A stretch of DNA of 35,867 nucleotides from a virus (taxonomy: Duplodnaviria; Caudoviricetes): the IMG/VR virus record IMGVR_UViG_3300001348_000041, positions 1 through 35,867 of that record; one strand, 5' to 3'. Shown here piece after piece: positions 1-10,900 of the stretch. The stretch's first letter is position 1, and each line of letters opens with the position of its first letter. A program made the translations under genes and the position numbers. The notes under the pieces are model-generated. The model made no database searches. It was not told the origin of the DNA and saw only the letters and a program-made list of their open reading frames with translations.

Positions 1-2
1 CA

Positions 3-686
3 CTAAACACTGACGGTGATATTGTTCTGGATGCGGACGGTAACCATGTAAACATTAAGAACGGTGGTGGCGGAGATACCGTAACTTTAGGTCTTGCAGA
101 TACAGGTGCATTCACTATTGGCGCACCAAGTACTTTCACAGTTGATGCAACTGGAGATATTGTTCTAGACGCTGGCGATAGCGACATTACCTTCTCTAGA
201 CAAGGTGTGGAATTTGTCAAGACTCAGATGGGTATGTCGGGAGACTCTACTTTAGTTCGACAGTTGTACTCACAGGGTGGTTTAGAATTAGACGTTGCTG
301 GGAACTTTAGTGTAGATGCATCTGGTGATATCATCCTAGATGCGGCTGCAGATGACGTTATTCTTAAAGACGCTGGAACCGAGTTCCTAAGATTCACTCA
401 TGCTGGTTTAGGTAATGCGGGCATCGACAATAACGGTATCCGTGTAATCACATTTGAAGATTCGGATGCAGTGTTTGAGAACGATGTAAACATTGAGGGT
501 GATCTCGATGTTGATCTAACACTGAACGTAGATGGTGATACCACATTAAACGCTAACGTCACTCTTGGTAATGCGGCTACAGATCAGATCTCAGCGACAG
601 GTCAGTTCGTAACTAGTCTGGTTCCATTAACAGATGATGACTATAGTATTGGTGCCGTTTCTAAAGAATGGAAGCTATCCGTGTAA
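3..686 (+). CDS. Tail-fibre-like repeat protein, 5' partial (frame open from the window edge), ending at a duplication junction
   Basis: The frame of ORF 207..686 is open back to nt 3 (LNTDGDIVLDADG...). It has recurring GDI[VI]LDA units and a PLTDDDYSIGAVSKEW motif like those in T4-like fibre proteins. Confidence 0.7.
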   Translation, partial: LNTDGDIVLDADGNHVNIKNGGGGDTVTLGLADTGAFTIGAPSTFTVDATGDIVLDAGDSDITFSRQGVEFVKTQMGMSGDSTLVRQLYSQGGLELDVAGNFSVDASGDIILDAAADDVILKDAGTEFLRFTHAGLGNAGIDNNGIRVITFEDSDAVFENDVNIEGDLDVDLTLNVDGDTTLNANVTLGNAATDQISATGQFVTSLVPLTDDDYSIGAVSKEWKLSV

Positions 687-771
687 TCACATTTGAAGAT
701 TCGGATGCAGTGTTTGAGAACGATGTAAACATTGAGGGTGATCTCGATGTTGATCTAACACTGAACGTAGA
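437..771 (+). repeat. Exact 96-bp direct repeat (437..532 and 676..771)
   Basis: tatccgtgtaatcaca...ctgaacgtaga is identical in both copies. The 239-nt offset is not a multiple of 3. Confidence 0.95.
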
Positions 772-1696
772 CGGTGCGACCACGTTAAATGGTCATGTTG
801 ATCTGGGTAGTAACGGAGACGATAACATCTCGGTTTTAGGTAAATTTGATACTAACCTTCGACCAGATGCTACTAATTCTTACACTCTTGGTACTTCTGA
901 TCTTAAATGGAGACATGCTTACCTACACCAAACGTTATTCGCTAGTAATGCTCAAATTACTGACAGTGCTGATATTGCAAACTTCAATATCAACACCAAC
1001 ACAATAAAGAATACTACTACTGGTATTAATATTGATGCACAAGGCGATATCACATTAAACGCAAAGGGCGATGACATTATTTTTGAAGGAACATTCAACG
1101 GTGTTGATTCCTCCAGAGTAACCTTTGATCTAGGTAACGATAATAGTTCAGTGGTTCAACGTGTTGTTAACAGAAATCTTATTCTTGAGGTTGATAAGAA
1201 TATTTATCTTGATGCCAACGAAGGTCGTGTCTACTTACGTGATTCGGCATCGGACAATAGACTCCAAGTACACTTTACTACTGGAACTGGTACTGAAATA
1301 GATGTGTCTAATGGTAGTCTGACATTTGATGTTAATGGTGACATTGTACTTGATGCAGACAGTGGTGATGTACTACTTAAAGACGGTGGAACTCAGTTCG
1401 GTAGATTCGAGAATACTTCGGGTAACCTAAAACTATATTCAGGTACTACCACTGCAATGACATTCGATGGTGCGAATGTTACAACATCTGGAACTATCAC
1501 GCCTGGCACAACACTAAATACTACTGCAACCGAACTTGTCGGTGCGATCAATGAGATAGATAGTGATCTTGGTACGAGAACAAGTTTATCTAGTTTCTAC
1601 GATTCACATAACCAAGATATAGTGACCGCTCTAAATCGTGTAGCAGATAGAATAATAGATGTTTACGATGCGAGTGGAACTCTACTGAATAATTAA
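668..1696 (+). CDS. Tail-fibre-like protein, probably the C-terminal continuation of the upstream ORF
   Basis: It has the same GDIVLDA and PDATNSYTLGTSDLKW repeats, an LNTTATELVGAINEI motif and the C-terminus VYDASGTLLNN. Confidence 0.7.
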   Translation: MEAIRVITFEDSDAVFENDVNIEGDLDVDLTLNVDGATTLNGHVDLGSNGDDNISVLGKFDTNLRPDATNSYTLGTSDLKWRHAYLHQTLFASNAQITDSADIANFNINTNTIKNTTTGINIDAQGDITLNAKGDDIIFEGTFNGVDSSRVTFDLGNDNSSVVQRVVNRNLILEVDKNIYLDANEGRVYLRDSASDNRLQVHFTTGTGTEIDVSNGSLTFDVNGDIVLDADSGDVLLKDGGTQFGRFENTSGNLKLYSGTTTAMTFDGANVTTSGTITPGTTLNTTATELVGAINEIDSDLGTRTSLSSFYDSHNQDIVTALNRVADRIIDVYDASGTLLNN

Positions 1697-1708
1697 GGGT
1701 AGACCAGA

Positions 1709-4700
1709 ATGTCCACAGATCTAGTGCTGAAGTTAAAGGCTGCAAATGGTGATTTGCAACAAATAACTTCTTCAGAAGAAAATTACCTAGCGTACCGAGC
1801 GGGACTTCAGTTGAAATCTTCGGCCGGTACGTCTGTGGGTGATCTAACAAATACTCAGGTAAGTGGTTCAACAGCGGTTGGATCTCATATTGATACGAAG
1901 TATCTCGAATCTGTCGGTGATCATCCGGTAGACGGCACTAATATAATAACTGTCACGTCAGGGTTATACCAACGAGGCGGTACAGCAGATTACAACAGTA
2001 TACAGAACGGGAACACTAGATTCAAACGACCCGTATCATATTCCACTAAAGATGGCAAGGTTGGTATCCATCAATTTGCTGATTCGGATATGAATGTCCT
2101 TGTCGATAGATTGAACAGTATCATCGCAACCAACGACTATGTTGGGTGTTACAAACTAGGGGCGACATCGCCCGGTTCTGATTATACAAGTAAGTTCGAA
2201 GCGTTCTCTGATACTCGTACCGATAATTCGGTCACCCCATATTACATATGGCAGAGAACCACTCAGACTTCACCTACATCTTTTGACGTAGCGCATATTC
2301 AAGATAGTGATGGGTATGATGGTATTCAAATGATTAGTGACGGTAACCTTAATTATACTTTCGGTCAGTGGGCTAAAACTAGACGTGCGATCGCTGGTAA
2401 CATTGGTTCTTATCAGTTACGTAGTTCTTCACAGGGAGTTCCGACTGATACTGGATCTTGGAAGTCCGTGGGTAGTGCGACAGATACTAGAAACGATCTA
2501 ACACCAAAAGCTTACACTCGTACTCGCGTCTCTTCATATGCGTTTAACAACTACACTGGTCGAGTATCGACTTACAGTGGAGAATATGTTAACAACAGTG
2601 TTGGTCTCTATACAGGTAATTTCTTAGGTGACTACACCAACTATGTGAATGCGTTTACGGGTAACTACAACCGAACGTTTGTAGGAGACTTTACTAGGGA
2701 ATATGTAGGTAACTACCTTCGAACACGTACATCTAATTTTAATAGAGTATCAACTCGAACCAGAACTTCCAATTTTATTGGTAACTACACTGGTGATTAT
2801 GCCGGTAATTACGTTGGTGAGTATACAACTACCCGATCATCCATATTCACGGGTAATCGAACCATTACTCGAAACTCGTCATTCACTGCAACACGAGCGT
2901 CAAGTTATACTGGTAACTATAACCGAAACTTCATAGGTGATTTCGTAGGTGACTATTCTAGAGGTTTCGCTGGTGACTACGCCGGTAACTACGTTGGTAA
3001 CTTCTTAGGTAACAGAGAGTCGGCCTTTACACGTACTAGAGTTTCCTCATATAATAGAACTTTCGTAGGTAACTACAACAGTCTTCGTCAGTCGTCTTAT
3101 TCGCGGGATTTTCTCAATACTAATACGGTTTATTATGCGGGTAACTACGCTGGTAATTATATTAAGGAACGCACGTCTGCTTTCGCAAGAACCCGTATTA
3201 GTAACTATAACCGAACAGTAGTTGACAGTTATACTGGTAACTTCGCGGGTGACTACGCTGGTAATTATGCCGGTAACTATACCAACTATGTTGTCCCATT
3301 TGCTGGTAACTATACAGGCGACTTCGTAGGTAACTATGTCAACTATGTTAATCAGTATACTGGCAACTACCTTGGCGACTACACCAACTTCGTCAACGCC
3401 TATATTGGTGACTTTACCCGTGCGTATACTAGAACTCGTAACAAGGCAAGTAACTTTACACGCGAAACCAATTTCGCGAGGAATCGTTACAGTTCCTACT
3501 CACTAAATTACGTTAGAGTATCTGCGAGAGCTGTGGGTCTCACCTCATACATAACCGCTGTTCAAGGCCCTCATGGTGGTGGTGCTCCAATTGAAGTAGG
3601 AATAACTGTTCCCGCTAATCAAAATGCATTTATTAGGTATCAGGCGTTTACTAGATATCAAAATGGATTCTTCCAGAGTACTTACTATCCTGTAGCGTTT
3701 GTTGGGCCCAACTACATTGGCACCGCATTTGGTCGAATGACTGTGTACACGGGCGCGGGCGGAGACTTCGCAAGAATACCCACCTTTCCCCGCGCATCTG
3801 CTCGTACAATTACATATAGTGGTGCCACTGGTGATGAAGGTCTTGGCGACAACATGACGACCACTAGTTACATCGGGGACTTTACTAGAGACTTTGCTCG
3901 ATTGTTCACAGGTGATTTTGTAGGTACTGAATCATTTGCTGGCAACTTGGCCTTTGCGGGTAATTATGTTAACTATGTAAATGCGTTTACTAGAACCAGT
4001 ACTAGAGTTTTCCAGAGAACTTCGACCCGTTCTTCGACTAGAGCATTTACCAGAGAACGCAATACAATATTTACCAGAGAACGACTTAGCGCATTTACCA
4101 GAACGTCAACTAGAACCAGTACTAGAGATAGTACTAGCGTTTTCACTAGAAACCGTGTATCTAGTTATAGCCGTGGTTTTACAGGTAACTATGTCAACTA
4201 TGCCGGTGTATTCACTCGTGTGATGATCTACGTTTCGACTCGCACTAGTTCAAGAGATTTTATTGGTAACCGAATATCTTCTTATGCAAGAGACTTCATC
4301 GGTAATTACAGTCGGAATCGTGTATCTGGATACTCTAGAGGATTCATAGGCAACTATGTCAATGATTTCCAACGAACACGTGTGACTGATTCTACTCGAA
4401 CTAGTACTCGATCAAGAACTTCAACTTATCAACGGACTCGTGTTACCCCAAGAACATCTTCATACCAGAGAACTCGTGCGTCCACGTTCAGTAGAACACG
4501 AGCGTCAAGTTATATCGGAGATTTTGTAACTGATCACACCGAAGATTACGTAGGCGACTTCACTCGAACTAGTACTAGAACCAGACAGGTTGCGTATGCT
4601 GGGGATTATACTGCGGAATATGCTGGTGATTACACTGGTAACTATGTCAACTATGTGAATGCGTTTACTGGTAACTACGCTGGTAATTATGTGAACTTAG

Positions 4701-4936
4701 TTAATCCATTTACTAGAGACAGAATATCTTCTTACACAAGAGATAGAGTATCTACATTTGTTGGTGAGTATACTAGGGTGTGTTCAGAAACCTATATAGG
4801 TAACTACACTGGAGTTTATACCAGAGCTTTCGGTACTAACTCAACACAATCTTTCTTGGGTAATTACACAGGGATAACAGTTTCAACAACATCTAGTGTC
4901 ATTGATACTTATACGTTATATGTTAGAAAATCCTAA
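1709..4936 (+). CDS. Giant mirror-repeat fibre-like protein A (1075 aa): base domain, tetrad-repeat arm, ~112-aa tip domain, return arm
   Basis: Long ORF with [FY]xG[ND] and STRT/RxSx tetrads. Its N-terminal domain and C-terminal YTLYVR motif are shared with the next gene. Confidence 0.8.
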   Translation: MSTDLVLKLKAANGDLQQITSSEENYLAYRAGLQLKSSAGTSVGDLTNTQVSGSTAVGSHIDTKYLESVGDHPVDGTNIITVTSGLYQRGGTADYNSIQNGNTRFKRPVSYSTKDGKVGIHQFADSDMNVLVDRLNSIIATNDYVGCYKLGATSPGSDYTSKFEAFSDTRTDNSVTPYYIWQRTTQTSPTSFDVAHIQDSDGYDGIQMISDGNLNYTFGQWAKTRRAIAGNIGSYQLRSSSQGVPTDTGSWKSVGSATDTRNDLTPKAYTRTRVSSYAFNNYTGRVSTYSGEYVNNSVGLYTGNFLGDYTNYVNAFTGNYNRTFVGDFTREYVGNYLRTRTSNFNRVSTRTRTSNFIGNYTGDYAGNYVGEYTTTRSSIFTGNRTITRNSSFTATRASSYTGNYNRNFIGDFVGDYSRGFAGDYAGNYVGNFLGNRESAFTRTRVSSYNRTFVGNYNSLRQSSYSRDFLNTNTVYYAGNYAGNYIKERTSAFARTRISNYNRTVVDSYTGNFAGDYAGNYAGNYTNYVVPFAGNYTGDFVGNYVNYVNQYTGNYLGDYTNFVNAYIGDFTRAYTRTRNKASNFTRETNFARNRYSSYSLNYVRVSARAVGLTSYITAVQGPHGGGAPIEVGITVPANQNAFIRYQAFTRYQNGFFQSTYYPVAFVGPNYIGTAFGRMTVYTGAGGDFARIPTFPRASARTITYSGATGDEGLGDNMTTTSYIGDFTRDFARLFTGDFVGTESFAGNLAFAGNYVNYVNAFTRTSTRVFQRTSTRSSTRAFTRERNTIFTRERLSAFTRTSTRTSTRDSTSVFTRNRVSSYSRGFTGNYVNYAGVFTRVMIYVSTRTSSRDFIGNRISSYARDFIGNYSRNRVSGYSRGFIGNYVNDFQRTRVTDSTRTSTRSRTSTYQRTRVTPRTSSYQRTRASTFSRTRASSYIGDFVTDHTEDYVGDFTRTSTRTRQVAYAGDYTAEYAGDYTGNYVNYVNAFTGNYAGNYVNLVNPFTRDRISSYTRDRVSTFVGEYTRVCSETYIGNYTGVYTRAFGTNSTQSFLGNYTGITVSTTSSVIDTYTLYVRKS

Positions 4937-4946
4937 TTCCAAATCG

Positions 4947-4954
4947 TATAAATA
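4947..4954 (+). promoter_or_regulatory. T4-type late promoter
   Basis: Intergenic TATAAATA upstream of the ATG at 4992. Confidence 0.85.
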
Positions 4955-4991
4955 GAATTAGGATTTAAACTAACTGAGTGAACAGGTCAAT

Positions 4992-7900
4992 ATGGCATTT
5001 TCTGATATACCGATTAGAATCAAAGAATCGTATCAAGGCGGCAGCAACGCTAACTTTGATGCGAATGATTTGGCGCAATATTCTCCGACACAAGAACAGA
5101 TATTATCGTACCTTGCCGGAAAGGAAATACTATCATATTCCCCCACAAACACTACAGACAACTATACTGGTTACATCGGTAACGGTGCATTAGGGTCACT
5201 AAACACTAGTGCCAATCGATCTAGTATAGGTAACTATATCGATACCCGATATGGTCAATCAGACGGAACTCACCCGTCATCGAATATATCGATAACCACA
5301 ACTACAACAGATCTTTTTACTAGGAACCCATTGTTCTCTAGTATCTCAAGTGCAAACAACAAACTGGGATCCAGTGGTCTTCCCGAATCAGGGTTCAAAT
5401 GGCCCGTGATATTTGACGCAGATCTAAAGAGTATGCGTCTACCTACATTTGCGGAGACAGAATCGTTTTCCGATAGAATCAATAGTTACATTGCGACTAA
5501 CACTTGGCCTGGCACATATTACTTAGGTACATCTGCGCCCAGTGATGGTGATACTTGGGCGGTACACCAATCGTCCGTCTTTTCTGATACACTGAACACT
5601 CTTGCTGCCACTAACTACAACCTATATGTAAAGACAGACTTAGCGTCACCCCCAACCACAGATGCGAATAATCGTGCGATCTTTAGTTGGATGGGTAATA
5701 CAGAGTCATACGACACTGATACCACTGACGTTAGAAATCACGGTCTGAACGAAACCATTGCAATGGTCACCACAACTGGTGTAAGATATTCTGCGATATA
5801 TCCTAATACAGTCATAACAGAGAAACAGACTGACGGTACCACCAGTACACTAGTGACCACTAGTTCGACTGAACCTGCCAGAGGGCCCATTAATGTAACA
5901 GCTGGTCGAAGTTACTATGGTGACAAACCTATTGAGTTACACAAGAATGATGGTGGACATGCCTTGGTTCCTTGGTCTTTGCGTGGTCGTGAGTTCGGTG
6001 CGTTCTCTGATCGATACGGAGACAGTACATATTTCTTATTTGCAAAAGAAGCGTGTACCGTAGAGTTTTTTGTAAACGAAACAAACGGTATTAATGGCAC
6101 CGCAACAAGAACTGTATCACTAAGTGCAAACACAGTGACCGAAGAAACTTTTACTGGAATTGATGGTCAGTGGGTGTTTATCACGTCTAATAAAGACATC
6201 ATTGTTTCAGCAAAAGAACAACAAGGAGATAAACTCAGAATACCACCCGCTGTTCAAACCGTATATCGTTCATACGATTCTTACGAAAGAACCACCGTAA
6301 ACACTGAACCCACAGATGCCAGCGGTAATTCTATATCCGACAGTAATGGTTATAATGTTGTCGCATTTAGAGCCGGTGATGGTGCCGGTAGTGATGCAAG
6401 CCAAGGTCTAGGTGAAGAGTTCTTATCAAACACTTTTTCTTGGGGTGATGCACTAAAAGACTATAACATTGTCGCAAGAGATGCCGACACCGTTGTTACC
6501 GTATCATATTGGAACACGTCAGATAACGATTGGGTGGTACAAGAGTATCACTACATGAACGCAAACAATATGGTTGCACGTAATGGTAATGACGGGCCAG
6601 GCACTGACGGTGCATCAGGTGATCAGGACGGTGCTAGCACAGTATCACCATTTGCGGGCGGTGCCAACCTATGGAAGTTCGAATCAAACAATCCTATCTT
6701 GGTGAGAGTCAACGATACAGCTGGTGATGAAGAACTAGTGATGGGTTGGACATCTACTCTTGCTGAAGATGGATATGATACGGGAACCTTCCAAGGTTTT
6801 CGTGAGATGACTGACTATCAGATGGGGTTCACCTTCGGTCAACTCGCAGCTAACCGTAGAGCAACTATAGGTAACATTGGATCATACGAATTACGTAGTT
6901 CATCTCAAGGTGTTCCAACAGCATCTGGAACATGGACAGTAAGGGGAACAGCAACCGATACACGTAAAGATACGAGTGATGTTGCCTATACTAGAACCCG
7001 TGCATCCAATTACACCAGTGTAAGTACAAGAGATTTTGCACGTACTAGAAATTCTAACTTTACTCGTACTAGTCAACGGATCCGTAACTCTAGTTATACT
7101 GGTAACTACAATAGAGACTTTACAGGTAATTACACCGCAGATTACACAGGCGATTATTCTCGAACACGTGTTAGTAGTTATAGTCGTGGATTTGTCGGTA
7201 ACTATAGTCGAGACTTTGTCGGAAACTATTCCAGAACTAGAACATCTAATTTCACTAGAAATCGGGTAACACCTAGAAACTCTAATTATACGGGTAACTA
7301 CTTAGCGTCACGTTTTTCAACGTTCTCAGCTGATTACACACGAACTCGTGATAGTAGTTTCACCGGCAACTATGCACCAAATTATGTTGGTAACTATAGT
7401 CGAGACTTTGTCGGAAACTATGCACGAGATTTCATTGGTAACTATACAGGCGACTTCGCTAGAACATCGACTAGAGTAAGTACTCGTGGTCGAGTCAGTA
7501 ACTATACTAGCGTGTTTACCAGAGATCGCACTAGTGCATATACCACTGTCTTCACTAGAGATCGCGTCAGTGCCTACACAACAGACTTTACTCGTACCAG
7601 AGTTTCATCGTATAGCGGTGTTTATAGTAGAACAAGAGTTTCATCGTATACTAGTACATCAACTCGTACTAGAGTAGAGACGTACAACCGAAACTTTGCT
7701 GGTGATTATGTTGGGAACTATGCTCGCAATTTCGCCGGAGAGTACAGTCGTAACTTTGTAGGAAATTATAGCCGAGACTACACTGCGGAATATGCTGGTG
7801 ATTATGTTGGGAACTACTCTAGAAACTTCGGTGGGGATTATACTGGAGACTTCACACGTTCATTCGAAGGAAACTATTCTAGAAACTATGTCGGTAACTA

Positions 7901-10900
7901 TGCCAGAGACTTCGTAGGTGATTTTACTGGTAACTATAACCGAAACTTCATAGCATATTTTGCTGGTGATTTTACTGGTAATTACACCAGAACTTCACAG
8001 AGAGTAAGTACTCGTGGCCGAGTCAGCACATATTCTAGAACTCGTATAACACCCCGAAATAGTTCATATACCAGACTTTCTGTACGTAACAGAAGTAGTG
8101 CATATACTAGCGTCTCTACACGCAATAGAAGTAGTGCATATACTCGATCCAGACCATCTACTTATACTAGAAATAGAAGTAGTGCATATACTAGCGTCTC
8201 TACTCGTACATCCACACGTACACGTAACTCTGCTTACACTCGTTCAAGGGTTTCTGCATATACCAGAACTAGACCTAGCAGTTATAGTGGCGCATATACA
8301 CGTTTACGACTCAGTGCATATACTCGAACCTCCTCAAGAACAGTGGCCTATGCGGGTAACTATTCCAGAGTATCAACCTATACGGGTAATTATAGTCGTG
8401 CATTTGCCGGCAATTATACTGGTAACTTCTTAGGTAATTACGCTAGAGGTTTCGCTGGTAACTACGTTGGTAACTATCAAAGAGGATTCGTTGGTGACTA
8501 CGCCGGTAATTATGTCGGGAACTATTCTAGAAACTTTGCTGGTAACTACGTTGGTAACTATCAAAGAGGATTTGCTGGGGATTTTGTTGGTAACTTTGTA
8601 GGTAACTATGGCCGAAACTTAGTATTTACAGGTAACTTTGTAGGTAACTACAGTCGTGGATTCTCTGGTGATTTTACTGGTAACTACAGTCGTGGATTCG
8701 CTGGTAACTACACTGGTAACTATCAAAGAGGATTTGCTGGGGATTTTGTTGGTAACTACACTGGTAACTATGCTAGAAACTATGCTGGTAACTTCACTGG
8801 TAACTATGCTAGAAACTATGCTGGTAACTTCGTTGGTAACTTCACTGGTAACTATGCTAGAAACTATGCTGGTAACTTCACTGGTAACTATACTCGTGTT
8901 CTTTACTACGTAGGAAACGCTGCGTATACCCGTGTTTCGGTCAGGTATGGATCGTTTGCTCGAACCCAAGCCTTTTCGAGATATTATTGGCCTAACGCTT
9001 ACTTCTACACTCGAAATTTGTATTACGTGGGTACTGGGTATTATACGGGTAACTATAGTCGTGGTGTCGCGTTTAGTCGGACAAATTCATATACTCGTAC
9101 ATCGACTCGTACTAGTTCGAGAGCTTTCACCCGCGTGTCAACTAGAACATCGACTCGTACTAGTGCGAGAAACTATCTTCGTACATCGACTCGTACTAGT
9201 GCGAGAAACTATCTTCGTACATCGACTCGTACATCGACTCGTACTAGAAACAGCGCTTACACTCGTACATCGACTCGTACTAGAAACAGCGCTTACACTC
9301 GGCAATCGACTCGTTTACGACTCAGTTCATATACTCGTACACGAGCTACTAATTATTCTAGGGGTAGTACTTATACTCGTACACGAGCTACTAATTATAC
9401 GCGCACGAGACTGAGTGCTTATACTGTTACATCAACTCGTACTAGAACCAGTTCTTACAACCGTACATCGACTCGTACCTCGACTCGTGTACGACTCAGT
9501 TCATATGCTCGTACTTCAACTAGAACACGTTATAGTGCATATACTAGAACCAGAATTACAGACTCTACCAGAAGTCGAGTAAGTACGTACACTCGCGCTA
9601 GAGGGTCAACTCTAGTTTTTACTAGAACTCGAAATTCTACATTTAACTACACTGGTAACTACTCACGTGGTTTCACTGGCGATTATACTGGTACTTACAG
9701 TCGGAACTTTGTAGGAAACTATACCAGAGGTTTCACTGGTAACTACAATCGTGGTTTCGCTGGTGATTATGTTGGTAACTACACTGGTAACTACGCCCGA
9801 ACGTATGTCGGTAATTATGGTAGAACCTTTGTAGGAAACTATAGTCGAGTCTTCGCTGGTGATTATACTGGTAACTATGCTCGTGCGTTTGCGGGTGATT
9901 ACACAGGTAATTACAACCGAGCGTTTGTCGGTGACTTTATTGGTAATTATGGTAGAACCTTTACGGGTGATTATACTGGCGATTATATCGGGGACTACAC
10001 AAGAATATCTACACGTGTTAGTGCAGTTACTCGCACATCAGCATATACTAGAACTCGTATAACGCCTAGATCTAGTACCTACGCACGAACTAGAGGTAGT
10101 AGTTACGCACGAACTAGAATCGAAAATTACACATCTTTATTTACTAGAGTCCGAACTAGTAGTTACGCTCGTACTTCAACCAGAACATCGACTTCAATTC
10201 GACCGTCAGCCTATGTTCGTACACGTACTAGTGTTTACTCACGAGTTCGCGGAAGTAACTATACAAGAACATCGGTTAGGACTAGAGTCTCTGGATATTC
10301 TCGTAGTTTTGCCGGTGATTATATTGGCAACTATACTCGTGGTTTTGTTGGAGAATACACTGGTACCTATAATAGAGACTTTGCTGGTAACTATACAGGC
10401 GATTTCACTAGAACCTTTGCTGGTGATTACACAGGTAATTTCACCAGAGTATTTGGTGGTAACTATACAGGCGATTTCACTAGAACCTTTACGGGTGATT
10501 ACACAGGTAATTACACATCTCATTACACAACAGACTTCATCGTCACAAGAGTATCTGCATATAGTAGAACAAGACCTTCTACATATACTAGAGCTCGTAC
10601 CTACGCAAACTTCGTAGGAGAAACAGGAACTTACGCTGGTGGATTTACACGTATTCGTCCATCAAGTTTTGCTGGGAATTACACCGGCAACTATGCACGG
10701 GAGTATGTCGGTGACTTCTTGAGAGTAAGTGTTGGTCAGTACGCAGGTGATTTCATCGGAAACTATACCGCAGACTATGTTGCTCATTATGCACGTACTA
10801 GAGTTTCCGCATTTACCAGAAATAGAACATCGGTATATACTCGTGGTTTTGTTGCAATATATACTAGATTGAGAAACAGTAATTTTAATAGAAATAGAAC

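Noticed and set aside
207-209. GTG start proposed by the ORF track
   Set aside because: The frame is open to the window edge with the same repeats, so the gene starts upstream of the window.
8400-9400. CRISPR-like or diversity-generating-retroelement repeat array
   Set aside because: The repeats are in-frame multiples of 12 nt inside a coding sequence, with no unique spacers, and no cas or reverse transcriptase gene is in the window.
7036-10617. Overlapping alternative-frame and antisense ORFs (for example 8656..8913, 8932..9414, 8619..8969)
   Set aside because: These are low-complexity shadows of the repeat codons, without their own translation signals.
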